Virus record (IMG/VR): IMGVR_UViG_2526164634_000010
Location: 1-31,230 of that record
Source: a virus
Lineage: Duplodnaviria > Heunggongvirae > Uroviricota > Caudoviricetes
DNA length: 31,230 nucleotides
Strand: one strand, 5' to 3'
Shown: positions 1 to 9,297 of the stretch, piece after piece
How the letters are laid out: each line of letters starts with the position of its first letter
How positions within the stretch are numbered: position 1 is the first letter of the stretch
The notes under the pieces: model-generated
Database searches by the model: none
Told to the model about the DNA's origin: nothing
The model's input: the letters and a program-made list of their open reading frames with translations, nothing else
Position numbers and translations under genes: made by a program

Positions 1-19
1 ACTAGGTAAGGACGGGGTT

Positions 20-110
20 TTACTTTTAACTTTAATTTTGTGCAGCATGCACCCTCAACAACAGCGATTATGGATCAGTGTACTTATCTTTTACAAGCAA
101 CTTGCAATCT
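20..110 (-). ncRNA. ohsC: candidate OhsC antisense sRNA (antitoxin RNA for ShoB); ends approximate
   Basis: The 19-nt block gtgcagcatgcaccctcaa at 40-58 is an exact direct repeat of 288-306 in the shoB leader, so a minus-strand transcript over 40-58 is perfectly complementary to the shoB mRNA; divergent position upstream of shoB fits the known locus. Transcript ends cannot be set by eye. Confidence 0.35.
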
Positions 111-381
111 TTAGCATAAAAACTCGAGCCTTTACGAAGAAAGCAATATTGATGGAAAGATTAACGTGACCGCCAATTCGTAAGTACATTAAAATTGGCT
201 TCGTTATTGAAGATTTTGCTGTGCTTTACACCATGCCACAGAATTCCCCCATTGAAACGAGTGGTGTCGTCAAAGCTCTGGTGTGGAGTGCAGCATGCAC
301 CCTCAATAACTCGCACGTTCAGTTTTGGGGAGATGTAAGGGCTAATCTGAACGGCTGCATTCCTTGTTTAAGGAAAAACGA

Positions 382-462
382 ATGACTGATTGCCGATACC
401 TGATTAAACGGGTCATCAAAATCATCATTGCTGTTTTACAGCTGATCCTTCTGTTCTTATAA
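382..462 (+). CDS. shoB: ShoB small hydrophobic type I toxin peptide (26 aa)
   Basis: ATG at 382, translation MTDCRYLIKRVIKIIIAVLQLILLFL then TAA; recognised as ShoB; too short for the ORF track; convergent with yfhL as in E. coli. Confidence 0.8.
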   Translation: MTDCRYLIKRVIKIIIAVLQLILLFL

Positions 463-482
463 CACAAGGAAACGTACTTAAG

Positions 483-516
483 GTGCGTCCGGTGAACCAA
501 TCGGACGCGCCTTTAA
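483..516 (+). terminator. candidate intrinsic terminator after shoB
   Basis: Stem gcgtccg (485-491) pairs with cggacgc (502-508), followed by a short T-run (ccttt). Confidence 0.35.
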
Positions 517-655
517 TAACTATAAATAAGTGTCTTGGCAGATACTATATAAATTAACTTAGTGAATGATTATGCTAATGTCATCAATTAAATAAATATA
601 ATGGCGTTAAGGCTTCCCAGTAATATAATTAATACTCTACTTCCAGAGTAGAATA

Positions 656-925
<270 letters not shown>

Positions 926-1124
926 TTACCGTTAAATCATTTTAAAATCAGTAAGTTGTATCGAGTTTGTATGCTTTACTGTCATTAACTTACTGTATGT
1001 TGATCCAGTGTATTTAACCTTGATAAACTCAGTCCAGCAACACTAAACCGCAACACATTGCATTTTGTCCCGTAGAAAAGACTTGTATGTGTGAGCTTGT
1101 TTTCTGCGCCTACGCAGATAAGGA

Positions 1125-2528
1125 TTGAGAATGCCGCGCACTGTAACACATAATCCGGATAGCCCCAATAATGACGATGTTTTAGCCGCTTCTGAAAAAT
1201 GGGACGCCTGTAAACCCCCCTATACTAGCGCACACATGAAAATCTGTGTTGCTGCCGCCAAAATCATCCTCGCTGCTTCCGGCGTGGCTCGCCGTTCCAA
1301 ATACGAAAAAGAGAACTATCTCCGTATCGATTTCAGCAAAGCCGGTAAGGTTACATTTTACGCCGAGTTTCCAAAAAAGATGGGCCTCAAAGGTAAAAAG
1401 CTCGGCGAGTGGCCGGAGCTCGCTATCCAGCTGGCGCGCGAAAAAGCGCTAGGTATGGCTGACGGTGGCCTGCGGGCAGAGTCCGTACATGCAGCGCTGG
1501 AAATGTACCGGGATGACCTCAAAGCCAAAGTCGCCCGGCAGAAGCTGAGCCCGGACAGTTTCACAACCTACGGGGTGCGTATCGACCGGATTAAAGCAAC
1601 GTTCGGCGAGCGCGAGGTGTTCAGCGACGTAACATACAATCGGCTGGTGGAAGTGCTGGACGAGTGGATCGCTACTCGCTCGAACAATAACGCCCTGGAG
1701 TTGTTTGCCGAGCTCCGTCGGTTCTGGAAGTTCTGCGCACCTACTCTTTGCAACGGCCGCAATGTTGCCGCCAGTCTGCCAGATGATTATGTTTCCTCCC
1801 GCGTACAGAAACCTACCCCCACACGGCTTTTTACCGATATTGAATCAATCGCCCGACTCTGGCTCAATGTTGCTGCCTGCACCTCTGTACACCAGAAGAA
1901 TGCTGTTCGCTTCATGATCATCACTGGTGTTCGTCCGATTAATGTCCATAACCTGCGCTGGGACTACGTTCACGAGGAGGCTGGTGAAATTGTTTATCCG
2001 GAAGGGGTTATCGGCATGCGAGGGGCTATGAAAACACAAAAGGCTTTCCGCCTGCCGATAACCCCTGAGATCCGGCGGATTATCGACGAGCAGAAAGCCT
2101 GGCGTGATTCAGTTCCTGAGTGCAACAGGGATTATGTATTTTTGCAGCCACGTGATCCAATGCAGCCATTTTCAAAACGATCACTGGATAAGCTGGTGAA
2201 AACATACAGCCCGGACGGGGCTGTAAAAGGAATAAAACATGATGGGACTGTTAAAGGGAAAGACGGTGCATTTAATACGATGTGCCGTAAATTCCTTAAG
2301 AGCAATGTTATTGCCTTGATGAAGGAAAGAGGCTATTCCCGCTCAGACCGAAGGGAAATCAGCCTCCTTTGCCTTCACCACTCCAGCAAGTCAGATGACC
2401 CGATGGCAGAACATTACGACTTTTCTGATGAGATTTTACAGGAAGAGATTGCGTTGAAGCGCGAAGCTTTCGAGGCTCACGAGCGGAGCATACTTGCGCA
2501 GGTGGCATTGCTACGGCGGCGAGGTTAA
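1125..2528 (+). CDS. phage tyrosine-type site-specific recombinase/integrase (divergent family)
   Basis: 467-aa ORF with AAGGA RBS 7 nt upstream; box I-like segment ITGVRPINVHNLRWDYV; box II-like C-terminus MCRKF...LLCLHHSSKSDDPMAEHY with Arg and terminal Tyr retained but the usual His residues substituted; first gene next to the host junction. Confidence 0.65.
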   Translation: MRMPRTVTHNPDSPNNDDVLAASEKWDACKPPYTSAHMKICVAAAKIILAASGVARRSKYEKENYLRIDFSKAGKVTFYAEFPKKMGLKGKKLGEWPELAIQLAREKALGMADGGLRAESVHAALEMYRDDLKAKVARQKLSPDSFTTYGVRIDRIKATFGEREVFSDVTYNRLVEVLDEWIATRSNNNALELFAELRRFWKFCAPTLCNGRNVAASLPDDYVSSRVQKPTPTRLFTDIESIARLWLNVAACTSVHQKNAVRFMIITGVRPINVHNLRWDYVHEEAGEIVYPEGVIGMRGAMKTQKAFRLPITPEIRRIIDEQKAWRDSVPECNRDYVFLQPRDPMQPFSKRSLDKLVKTYSPDGAVKGIKHDGTVKGKDGAFNTMCRKFLKSNVIALMKERGYSRSDRREISLLCLHHSSKSDDPMAEHYDFSDEILQEEIALKREAFEAHERSILAQVALLRRRG

Positions 2529-2725
2529 TACTGGCTGCGACATTTTTGAATAAAAGCGTCGATATTTCGGCGCTCATAACGAACTACTTTTGCACTGAAA
2601 CGAATTGGTGCCAGGATAGCCCGATGACGATGCTTAATATTCCACTCACATAGCGTTTTCTGTGTAATACCTAACTTTTGGCATACTTCATCCGGGGTGA
2701 GTAAATCGTCGGGTTTCTCGCTCAT
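2525..2725 (-). CDS. AlpA/Xis-like small HTH DNA-binding protein (excisionase or regulator)
   Basis: 66-aa ORF; motif LLTPDEVCQKLGITQKTLCEW resembles AlpA/excisionase-type HTH; start overlaps helicase stop, suggesting translational coupling; adjacent to integrase. Confidence 0.6.
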   Translation of the reverse strand: MSEKPDDLLTPDEVCQKLGITQKTLCEWNIKHRHRAILAPIRFSAKVVRYERRNIDAFIQKCRSQY

Positions 2726-4116
2726 GCTATACCTCTCTTTTTCATGGCATCGAGCAGGATGTCCTGCACTGTTCGTTTTGAGTTGCGCCGCTCCATCACC
2801 ATTTCATCCATAGTGTCGGCAGCAATAATGTGGTGAATAAATACCGGACGATTGTGTCCGGCCTGTATCTGCCTGGTGGGGCCGATACGTTCAATAATTT
2901 GCTGATATTGCTCCAGGTCCCACCAGTGTGAGAAAAATACCAGTATATTTCCGCCGTCCTGCATGTTCAGGCCGTGGCCCGCGCTGGCTGGGTGTGCAAA
3001 GAGAACAGGAATCTTTCCGGAATTCCAGTCGCGCAGTGTCTGTGGATCCTGGTCGAGGTGACGACCGCGAGGGAATGCTTTAAGCAAGCGTTCAAGATCG
3101 TGTTTCCAGTGATAAGCAACCAGCACAGGTGCGCCAGCTGCTTCGGTCAGTATGCTGTCCAGCGCCTGTAGTTTGGTGTCATGCAGTTCTGACCAACTTC
3201 CGGTGTCATCTGTGTATACTGCGCCGCTGGCGATTTGCAGACACTTCAGTGTCTTTGCCGCGGCGTTCGGTGCTTCGATGCCTTCGCCATTCAGCTCGAG
3301 GAACATTTCCTTTTCCATTTCACGATACTGCTGACGGGCCTTCGGTGGCATATCCACGCGGATTACGTTATGGATGGGGTCTTTGATATCGAACCAGTCG
3401 GCCGCATCCAGCGAGAGGGTTACATCGGCTAACGCTCGCTGTATTTCACCCTGTGAGTGAGCAAAAGGCTCCAGTTTGGTCCAGCTCTGCCCCGGAAACT
3501 GTATCGAGTTGAACCAGCGTGAGGTAAACGCGCCGTAAGTGCGCCCGAGACGTTGCCCCTGGTCCACAAACCACGATTGTCCCCACAAATCTACCAGGCC
3601 GTTCGGTGCTGGCGTACCGGTGAGATTTATCCAGCGCCGGACATACTTATGCGCCACTTTGCCCAGCGCCGCCGCGCGCTTACCACCACCGCGCAGCCGG
3701 AAGGATTTTAGCCGGGTGCTTTCATCTGGAATGACAGTACCGAACGGCCATCGTTCTCCCAATTCTTCAATCAGCCAGACAAGGTTATCGTAGTTGATGG
3801 TGAACACGCTTGCGTTGCTGTTCGTCAGCGCCATAGAGCGCGCTTTGGCATTACCAATAATTGGCTGCACCTCGATATTGCGCAAATGTCCCCACTTCAG
3901 TGCTTCATCCGGCCATGTGCTGGCAGCCACGCGCAGCGGCGCGAGGACCAGTGCGGGGCATGTTTCTGCCCCTGCCATAAAGAGATCTTCCAGCGCAGTG
4001 AGCGTTGCCACGGTTTTACCCATTCCCATACCCGCCCAGATGTTGCCGCGCAGAATGTTAGTTTGGTGATTGATTATGAGGTTTTGATAAACTCTGGGGT
4101 GGAATATGCTATTCAT
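2722..4116 (-). CDS. SNF2-family DNA helicase / ATPase (phage replication)
   Basis: 464 aa; Walker A AGMGMGKT; DExx-type motif II VIPDESTRL; AGGTG RBS upstream of ATG at 4116. Confidence 0.85.
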   Translation of the reverse strand: MNSIFHPRVYQNLIINHQTNILRGNIWAGMGMGKTVATLTALEDLFMAGAETCPALVLAPLRVAASTWPDEALKWGHLRNIEVQPIIGNAKARSMALTNSNASVFTINYDNLVWLIEELGERWPFGTVIPDESTRLKSFRLRGGGKRAAALGKVAHKYVRRWINLTGTPAPNGLVDLWGQSWFVDQGQRLGRTYGAFTSRWFNSIQFPGQSWTKLEPFAHSQGEIQRALADVTLSLDAADWFDIKDPIHNVIRVDMPPKARQQYREMEKEMFLELNGEGIEAPNAAAKTLKCLQIASGAVYTDDTGSWSELHDTKLQALDSILTEAAGAPVLVAYHWKHDLERLLKAFPRGRHLDQDPQTLRDWNSGKIPVLFAHPASAGHGLNMQDGGNILVFFSHWWDLEQYQQIIERIGPTRQIQAGHNRPVFIHHIIAADTMDEMVMERRNSKRTVQDILLDAMKKRGIA

Positions 4117-4127
4117 TAATACACCTA

Positions 4128-4136
4128 TGGTAGAAT
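4128..4136 (+). promoter_or_regulatory. candidate extended -10 promoter (TGgTAGAAT) for the low-GC gene at 4180
   Basis: tggtagaat at 4128-4136 matches the extended -10 form TGnTATAAT at 5 of 6 hexamer positions; strong RBS ACGGAGG 7 nt before the ATG at 4180. Confidence 0.3.
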
Positions 4137-4179
4137 ATGGTCACTTCTCTCTCTATATATATAACTAACGGAGGCGGGT

Positions 4180-4977
4180 ATGCCCCTGGCGAAAATATTT
4201 ACAAAGCAAGTTTCTTTATTAACTATGTTTTCAGCGTTAGCTTATGCGATGGCATATTCTTTTCAGAAAGGTGTTGCATCGTATTATGGCTATCCAGACC
4301 TTTTTATTAAAATAGACTTAAATACGCTATTGTATTCGGCTGTGTGGCTTTTGTTTTTTAGTTTTTTATTTCTCGGCGCCTTATATGCGGCGTTGATGTT
4401 TGATTTGAAAGGGAAATATTATGTTCCATTTATTGTATTTATAGTTGTTATGCTAATGGCTAATATTTGTATAATAGGATTTCATTGGCCTTTTGGTTAT
4501 TTCTCCGAAACTTCTGTGATGAGTGTTCAGGATATTTTATTATTTGCTATGCTTTTGTTGAATTATCACAATGTGGTGTCCATGCCAATCCATAGTAAGA
4601 GACACGAACATCATATGGAGAGCATTAGAAAATTTGGGAGGCTTGCAGAGTATAAGAACGTATTTTATTATATCGATTTAAAAATCCTAAAGTCAGCTTT
4701 TCCTTTAGGGGTGATAACGTTGTTGATATTGAGCTATACATTCGGGAAGGTTACTGCATTTAAAAATAACGAATATTATATGGTAGATGGTAGTAATACT
4801 AAAGTGTTGCTCAATTCATTTGGTAGTGGTTTTGTTGTTGGTGATTGTGAGTCAAATAGCGCAAAATTTGAATTTGTTAATGATTTAAAAGGGATGAGAT
4901 TCACAATCATGTCCTCTAAAAAGGAAATAGCTAAATTAAAAGGGTGTTTCGAAATACGTGTTAAAAATACGGATTAA
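4180..4977 (+). CDS. low-GC moron: hypothetical multi-pass membrane protein with soluble C-terminal domain
   Basis: 265-aa ORF, markedly AT-rich versus flanks; several hydrophobic segments in the N-terminal half; no family recognised; opposite strand to the surrounding operon; own RBS. Confidence 0.6.
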   Translation: MPLAKIFTKQVSLLTMFSALAYAMAYSFQKGVASYYGYPDLFIKIDLNTLLYSAVWLLFFSFLFLGALYAALMFDLKGKYYVPFIVFIVVMLMANICIIGFHWPFGYFSETSVMSVQDILLFAMLLLNYHNVVSMPIHSKRHEHHMESIRKFGRLAEYKNVFYYIDLKILKSAFPLGVITLLILSYTFGKVTAFKNNEYYMVDGSNTKVLLNSFGSGFVVGDCESNSAKFEFVNDLKGMRFTIMSSKKEIAKLKGCFEIRVKNTD

Positions 4978-4989
4978 AGCATAAGTCTT

Positions 4990-5277
4990 TTATCCTTTAT
5001 TGCGGCTTAAAATAATGGCCTCCAGATTTTTGCTATCCAGCACCACTACGGTAAAGCCCAGCGCGCGCAACCGTCCGTGTTCGCGCAACTGGTCAGGCCG
5101 TGGTGGCTTGCCGGGGGATTTACATTCAACGAAAATGATACGACCGCCGGGTAGCAGAACAATGCGATCTGGTACCGAGCGGCGACCGGGGGATACGAAC
5201 TTAAAGGCAACCCCGCCAGCCTTTTTTACTTCAGCGACGAGGTGCTTTTCGATTAGGTTTTCACGTTCATAGGCCAT
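4990..5277 (-). CDS. VRR-NUC domain nuclease
   Basis: 95 aa; pattern FKFVSPGRRSVPDRIVLLPGGRIIFVECKSPGKPPRPDQLREH fits the VRR-NUC (PD-(D/E)xK-like) signature; start overlaps the upstream small gene. Confidence 0.75.
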   Translation of the reverse strand: MAYERENLIEKHLVAEVKKAGGVAFKFVSPGRRSVPDRIVLLPGGRIIFVECKSPGKPPRPDQLREHGRLRALGFTVVVLDSKNLEAIILSRNKG

Positions 5278-5471
5278 TAGCTTTCGCCTTCCTGCTTTTT
5301 GCGTTTCTTCATGCAGATAGCGCAGTTCTCAGGATGGTCATGCCATTCATCAATCCTGATACCTATGAACATCCATTTTCCGCATAGTGATATGGCTTCC
5401 CCCGAATTAAAGAAATGTGCTTTTTTTGACAGAGCGGGGAACCCCCAACCCTTATTATCGATATTAGACAT
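5277..5471 (-). CDS. small Cys/His-rich (probable Zn-binding) phage protein
   Basis: 64 aa; strong RBS AAGGAGGTG before ATG at 5471; residues C29, H45, H47, C51, C54; translationally coupled to VRR-NUC. Confidence 0.5.
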   Translation of the reverse strand: MSNIDNKGWGFPALSKKAHFFNSGEAISLCGKWMFIGIRIDEWHDHPENCAICMKKRKKQEGES

Positions 5472-5598
5472 CGTCCACCTCCTTACGCTTTTCGCGCATG
5501 TTCTGCATCAGACAAAAATCAAACCGACGTTCGCTTTGGCCCAGACCTGCATCGCCCGGTCGTACCCGCCGGACTGTTCAAGGTGCAAAGCCTCCCGC

Positions 5599-5623
5599 AC
5601 AGTCCGGTAATAAAGCGGACTGT
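5599..5623. promoter_or_regulatory. perfect 8-bp inverted repeat acagtccg-N9-cggactgt (candidate operator or RNA hairpin)
   Basis: Palindrome read from sequence in the 235-bp non-coding gap between the TIR-like gene terminator and the small Zn-protein gene; next to an AT-rich tatttaaat element. Confidence 0.3.
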
Positions 5624-5659
5624 CCCGGTATTTAAATGACATAGGGTTTTTATTCCCAA

Positions 5660-5685
5660 ATAAAAAACCCCGCGATGCAGGGTTG
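5660..5685 (-). terminator. intrinsic terminator after the TIR/SLOG-like gene
   Basis: On the minus-strand RNA: CCCUGC-AUC-GCGGGG hairpin (one G-U pair) followed by UUUUUU; immediately 3' of the ORF ending at 5706. Confidence 0.5.
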
Positions 5686-5705
5686 TAATCAACAATAAGG
5701 GGTAA

Positions 5706-6467
5706 TTACGAGGAAGCGTTAGCTATTTGAGCTTGTGTAAATTCGAAACCAGAATTTTGTAACCGTTGCACTAGACGAGGAACTGTTTCACGTACATGGT
5801 CGTTGAAATTCAGATACAAAATCCCGTTAGCATCAGAAGGCTGTTCTAGGTGCTGTTTCTGAAGGATTGCTACATTGCTGCGCCCTAAGGACGAAAGAAG
5901 CATACCCATCTCGAGTACAACGTTCTGTCTTGCGCGGGGTTGGATTTCTGCTTCACCGGCGCGCTTTGAGTATCCCATATCATCAGGTGTCAAAAGAACA
6001 ATCCCGAAACGGGTAGCAGTTTGTCCTTGCCCAATTTCACGTTCAAGCTCTTCAATAATGGTGAGTCCAGTCCCTCCCGTATTCTGCAAAATGAAATGGT
6101 CTGGTAATCCAAGTTTATGAAGGATTAGCTCAAGTTGCTCCTTTGCAGTATGGTCATGGCCGTGAACAATGAATATCTTTTTGGGGAGCTCAGATGGCTG
6201 TTCTACGGCTAGTGGTGTTGCCGTGGGCGGCGTTCCTAAATGGGTCATTATTGCAGTTTCAACATTGGGACGTTCTTGAGGGTTACCTTGAAACTGAATG
6301 GTCCGGGTGGTGTAAAGGTTAACAATTACGCCATTCGTTAAACGATAGCAGTCACAAGTCTCACGCTGTTCGTGGGAAAAATTGGTGAACCCACACTCCC
6401 TCAAAAAGTCAGGAAAAGTTTCTCTCGGGTATGGATAGGTGATCGGCATTTCAGTTAGTTCCTGCAT
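5706..6467 (-). CDS. two-domain protein: unknown N-terminal domain + C-terminal TIR-like/SLOG-like Rossmannoid nucleotide-processing domain
   Basis: 253 aa; C-terminal half has KKIFIVHGHDH (strand-1 motif of TIR-like COG4271-type proteins), GGTGLTIIEELE (LOG/SLOG-like) and RQNVVLEMGMLLSSLGRSNVAIL (xNVxxExG motif); N-terminal ~95 aa unrecognised; AGGAA RBS; cotranscribed downstream of the DNA polymerase gene. Confidence 0.6.
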   Translation of the reverse strand: MQELTEMPITYPYPRETFPDFLRECGFTNFSHEQRETCDCYRLTNGVIVNLYTTRTIQFQGNPQERPNVETAIMTHLGTPPTATPLAVEQPSELPKKIFIVHGHDHTAKEQLELILHKLGLPDHFILQNTGGTGLTIIEELEREIGQGQTATRFGIVLLTPDDMGYSKRAGEAEIQPRARQNVVLEMGMLLSSLGRSNVAILQKQHLEQPSDANGILYLNFNDHVRETVPRLVQRLQNSGFEFTQAQIANASS

Positions 6468-6531
6468 AAGTATTGTTCCTTTAATTTACTCGAATTCAGC
6501 ATGTCGCCATAGCTCGATAAGGTGAGTTATA

Positions 6532-8595
6532 TCAATCTTTTTTGTAGTGGTACGCCTCAAAACCGCCAGCGTTCAGTGGGATATCGGGCGCCCATTCGGG
6601 GTCAGTGGAGAGAAGCGCGGAAAGCGCTTTATCGTTGAAATCTTCTGTGTCAGGTGCTTCGGTGATCACCTCGTTGTGTACCGTCAGCACAATGCTGTAA
6701 CCGGCATCTTCGATAAGCGGCATGTTTCCGGCCAGAATGTCGCGGGCGGCCGCCTGGGTGATGTTCTCCACCAGCTTTCCGCCGTAGGTTTTGAGTCGTT
6801 GCCATTTACGCGAATAAGAGTTAACCCCCATGTAGGTGATATTCCCTTTTTCGATAACCGGAGACGGGTAGCATACAGCGCGTCCGGATGGTAGCTGTAT
6901 GCGCAGCCACGCGCCATCGCGGCGGATTTTAAGATAACCGCAATACAATGTTTTTTGCGGTGTGGCGATTGCAGTGCGGACGGTGCGCTCCAGTTCGTAC
7001 CAGAAATCACAGGTCGCGGGATGCGCCCGGCGCCAGAGACGTTTAAGTGAGTCGCAGGCGATAAATACCCGTTCAGAAAGCCCGTAGGTTGACTTGCGTT
7101 TAACCGATTCGTCGTACCAGCTTTTCGCCTCGCGGATAACATCGCGGGGAATGTTTGGTAGTGCGGCGTTCGCCAGCTCGTCGAGATCGAGACCGTAAAC
7201 CAGTGCAAAAGTGATGAAGGCCGACACACCACCACCATAACCCAGACCGAGTTCCATGACTTTACCGATCTGACGCATGTGTTTATCAACATCATCTGGT
7301 GCAATATCGAAAGCTTTTGCATACGCCAGTTTATATAAGTCCGGACCCGTTCCGGCGTCGTACTCTCTGAATGCATTCAGTTTCCATTCTTCTCCCGCCA
7401 GCCATGCCAGCATACGGCCTTCAATGTTCGACAAGTCACTTACCACCAGCTTTTTGCCTGTTGGCGCGATAATGCAGCCACGTAACGCTGAACTGGTTAG
7501 TTCCATGATATTGTCAAACAGCAGGTCTGCACATCCGGCTTTCAGTGCTTCGATGCCTTCGTCTATTTGTTCCTGTTTTAGTGAAGGGCGGGGAAGGTTC
7601 TGGGGCTGGAATAGCCGTCCGGCCCAACGACCGGTACGTGACGCCCCGCAGAACTGTAGCGTACCGCGTAAGCGCCCGTCGTGGCTTACGCCTTTCATCA
7701 GTGCCTTGTATTTACTGGTGCTGGTAGTACTGGCCTGCAGGCGGATAGCCAGCAGTTCTTTCACGGCAGATGGTAAATCGGGGTCGGCAATACGACGTTC
7801 CAGAGTACTGCGTTGCATGTCTGGTAGCTCCACACCGTAGGATTCAACAATGTGCTTAATCAACGCGTCTCGTTGTGTGGCTGCCTGCACTTCGCCATCA
7901 GTCATTTCCTGTGTACGCTTTGCCAGGCGCTTTTGTTCCTGGTCTACCGCGTCGATCGCAGCGCGTGCGAGTTCCACGTCCATGCAGACGCCCCGGTCAT
8001 TGATCTGCTGATCACGATGCCAGAGCGCCAGTTCTGTCCCCTGATAATTCCACTTCGGCAGACGTTTATAGACTTCGCGCATTGCCTCGATATCCAGTCC
8101 GGCGTAAGCAACAAAGCGCCGCCATTCTTCCGGGTGGGTTTTGCTGGTGGCCCGGCGCAGTTTGCTGTTTTTCGGGCGTGGCTTACAGAACAGCTGGATC
8201 AGCGCTTTACCTTCTTTGTCCTTCGCTTTGTCTTGCGGGACGCCTAGTACTTCGCAGAGTTCCCCCAGAGACCCCGGGAGACCGTGCGCCAGCGCCTGCA
8301 CCATTGTGTCGCGCCAACGTTCGACTGGCGGTGCCAGGCGCGGCATTGCATAACGCAGAACGGTGCGGTCGAAGTGAGAGTTATGGAAATAAAGCAGGGT
8401 TTCAGGGTCTGCGATTGCTTCGTATAAGCCGTGTGGAATACCACCACCGGCAGTGATATCCCACACGTTTACTGGCCCGTCGTTGATAGCCCATGCGAAA
8501 AGCATCACTTCAACGCCTTCGGCATACGCATGGGTACCGTTCGTAATAGGGATTTCGCAATAGGTTTCCAGGTCGCCCCATAGTATATTGGACAT
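6532..8595 (-). CDS. family A DNA polymerase with N-terminal 3'-5' exonuclease domain
   Basis: 687 aa; exo motif GDLETY; pol motif [16 protein letters not shown] (RxxxKxxxxGxxYG); motif C-like VHNEV. Confidence 0.9.
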   Translation of the reverse strand: MSNILWGDLETYCEIPITNGTHAYAEGVEVMLFAWAINDGPVNVWDITAGGGIPHGLYEAIADPETLLYFHNSHFDRTVLRYAMPRLAPPVERWRDTMVQALAHGLPGSLGELCEVLGVPQDKAKDKEGKALIQLFCKPRPKNSKLRRATSKTHPEEWRRFVAYAGLDIEAMREVYKRLPKWNYQGTELALWHRDQQINDRGVCMDVELARAAIDAVDQEQKRLAKRTQEMTDGEVQAATQRDALIKHIVESYGVELPDMQRSTLERRIADPDLPSAVKELLAIRLQASTTSTSKYKALMKGVSHDGRLRGTLQFCGASRTGRWAGRLFQPQNLPRPSLKQEQIDEGIEALKAGCADLLFDNIMELTSSALRGCIIAPTGKKLVVSDLSNIEGRMLAWLAGEEWKLNAFREYDAGTGPDLYKLAYAKAFDIAPDDVDKHMRQIGKVMELGLGYGGGVSAFITFALVYGLDLDELANAALPNIPRDVIREAKSWYDESVKRKSTYGLSERVFIACDSLKRLWRRAHPATCDFWYELERTVRTAIATPQKTLYCGYLKIRRDGAWLRIQLPSGRAVCYPSPVIEKGNITYMGVNSYSRKWQRLKTYGGKLVENITQAAARDILAGNMPLIEDAGYSIVLTVHNEVITEAPDTEDFNDKALSALLSTDPEWAPDIPLNAGGFEAYHYKKD

Positions 8596-8641
8596 GTGTT
8601 TACCTTGGTTTTTATTCTATTAACTGATTAAAAGATTAATT

Positions 8642-9271
8642 ATGCATATGATCCAATACTTGATTGACCATACAGAGCATCTGGAGAAAATAGCTGGATA
8701 TATTTTTTCATGTTTGATTGTTATGGGAGTCTGGATAAGAAAGATCATTTTTAATTATAAGTATAAAGAGCCTAAATATGTTAAGAAGTTAATTTTATAT
8801 TTAGTTAAGTATGAACGTTATCTGGATGAGGAGGATAAGAGTGCCATAGAAAAAAGAATAAATGATAAAATTATTCGTGATGCGCTGAAATTGCAATCAT
8901 CTTATAACCGAAGAGATGTTATTTACATTTGCAATAGATTAGAAAAAAGACAGTATATAAATCAGTTGATTAAGCTTCAGAATTATATAGAGAAAGATAA
9001 CGGAGTGTTTTTTATTAATGTTGATTTTTCAGGTTTTTTATTTATTATTAGTCGTCTGTTTTCCTTTCTGTGTTTTGTGCTGTTTACCCTTTTTTCTATT
9101 ATCTGCATTATTTCCATAGGGCAAAATGAAGGCCTTTTAAATTATCTTGTGTATATGGTTATGATAATAGTTTTAGAGACTGTTGGTTTTTGGATGTATG
9201 ATACTTTCCCGTCTAAGAAAAAGATCTGTGAACTAAATAAAGAATTGAGAAAGATTAAGATTCCTGAGTGA
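8642..9271 (+). CDS. low-GC moron: hypothetical membrane protein
   Basis: 209-aa ORF, very AT-rich; hydrophobic N-terminal segment and two C-terminal hydrophobic segments around a Lys/Glu-rich region; opposite strand to flanking replication genes; no family recognised; start uncertain (ATG 8642 or 8648). Confidence 0.5.
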   Translation: MHMIQYLIDHTEHLEKIAGYIFSCLIVMGVWIRKIIFNYKYKEPKYVKKLILYLVKYERYLDEEDKSAIEKRINDKIIRDALKLQSSYNRRDVIYICNRLEKRQYINQLIKLQNYIEKDNGVFFINVDFSGFLFIISRLFSFLCFVLFTLFSIICIISIGQNEGLLNYLVYMVMIIVLETVGFWMYDTFPSKKKICELNKELRKIKIPE

Positions 9272-9274
9272 TTA

Positions 9275-9297
9275 TACGCCTAATCAGTAGCCCGGTG
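9275..9297. other. stem-loop between convergent genes (cccgg-N7-ccggg)
   Basis: Inverted repeat agcccggtgtttaaccgggc read from sequence; no T-run on either side. Confidence 0.3.

Noticed and set aside
5299-5610. 103-aa plus-strand ORF spanning the small Zn-protein gene and the intergenic gap
   Set aside because: It is antisense to a gene with a strong RBS and runs into non-coding sequence containing a terminator and palindrome; no RBS of its own.
6684-7840. Long ORFs in alternative frames or antisense inside the DNA polymerase gene (6684-7376 minus, 7277-7840 plus)
   Set aside because: They lie entirely within a well-supported polymerase coding region, have Ser/Arg/Pro-rich low-complexity translations typical of off-frame reading of GC-rich coding DNA, and lack RBS.
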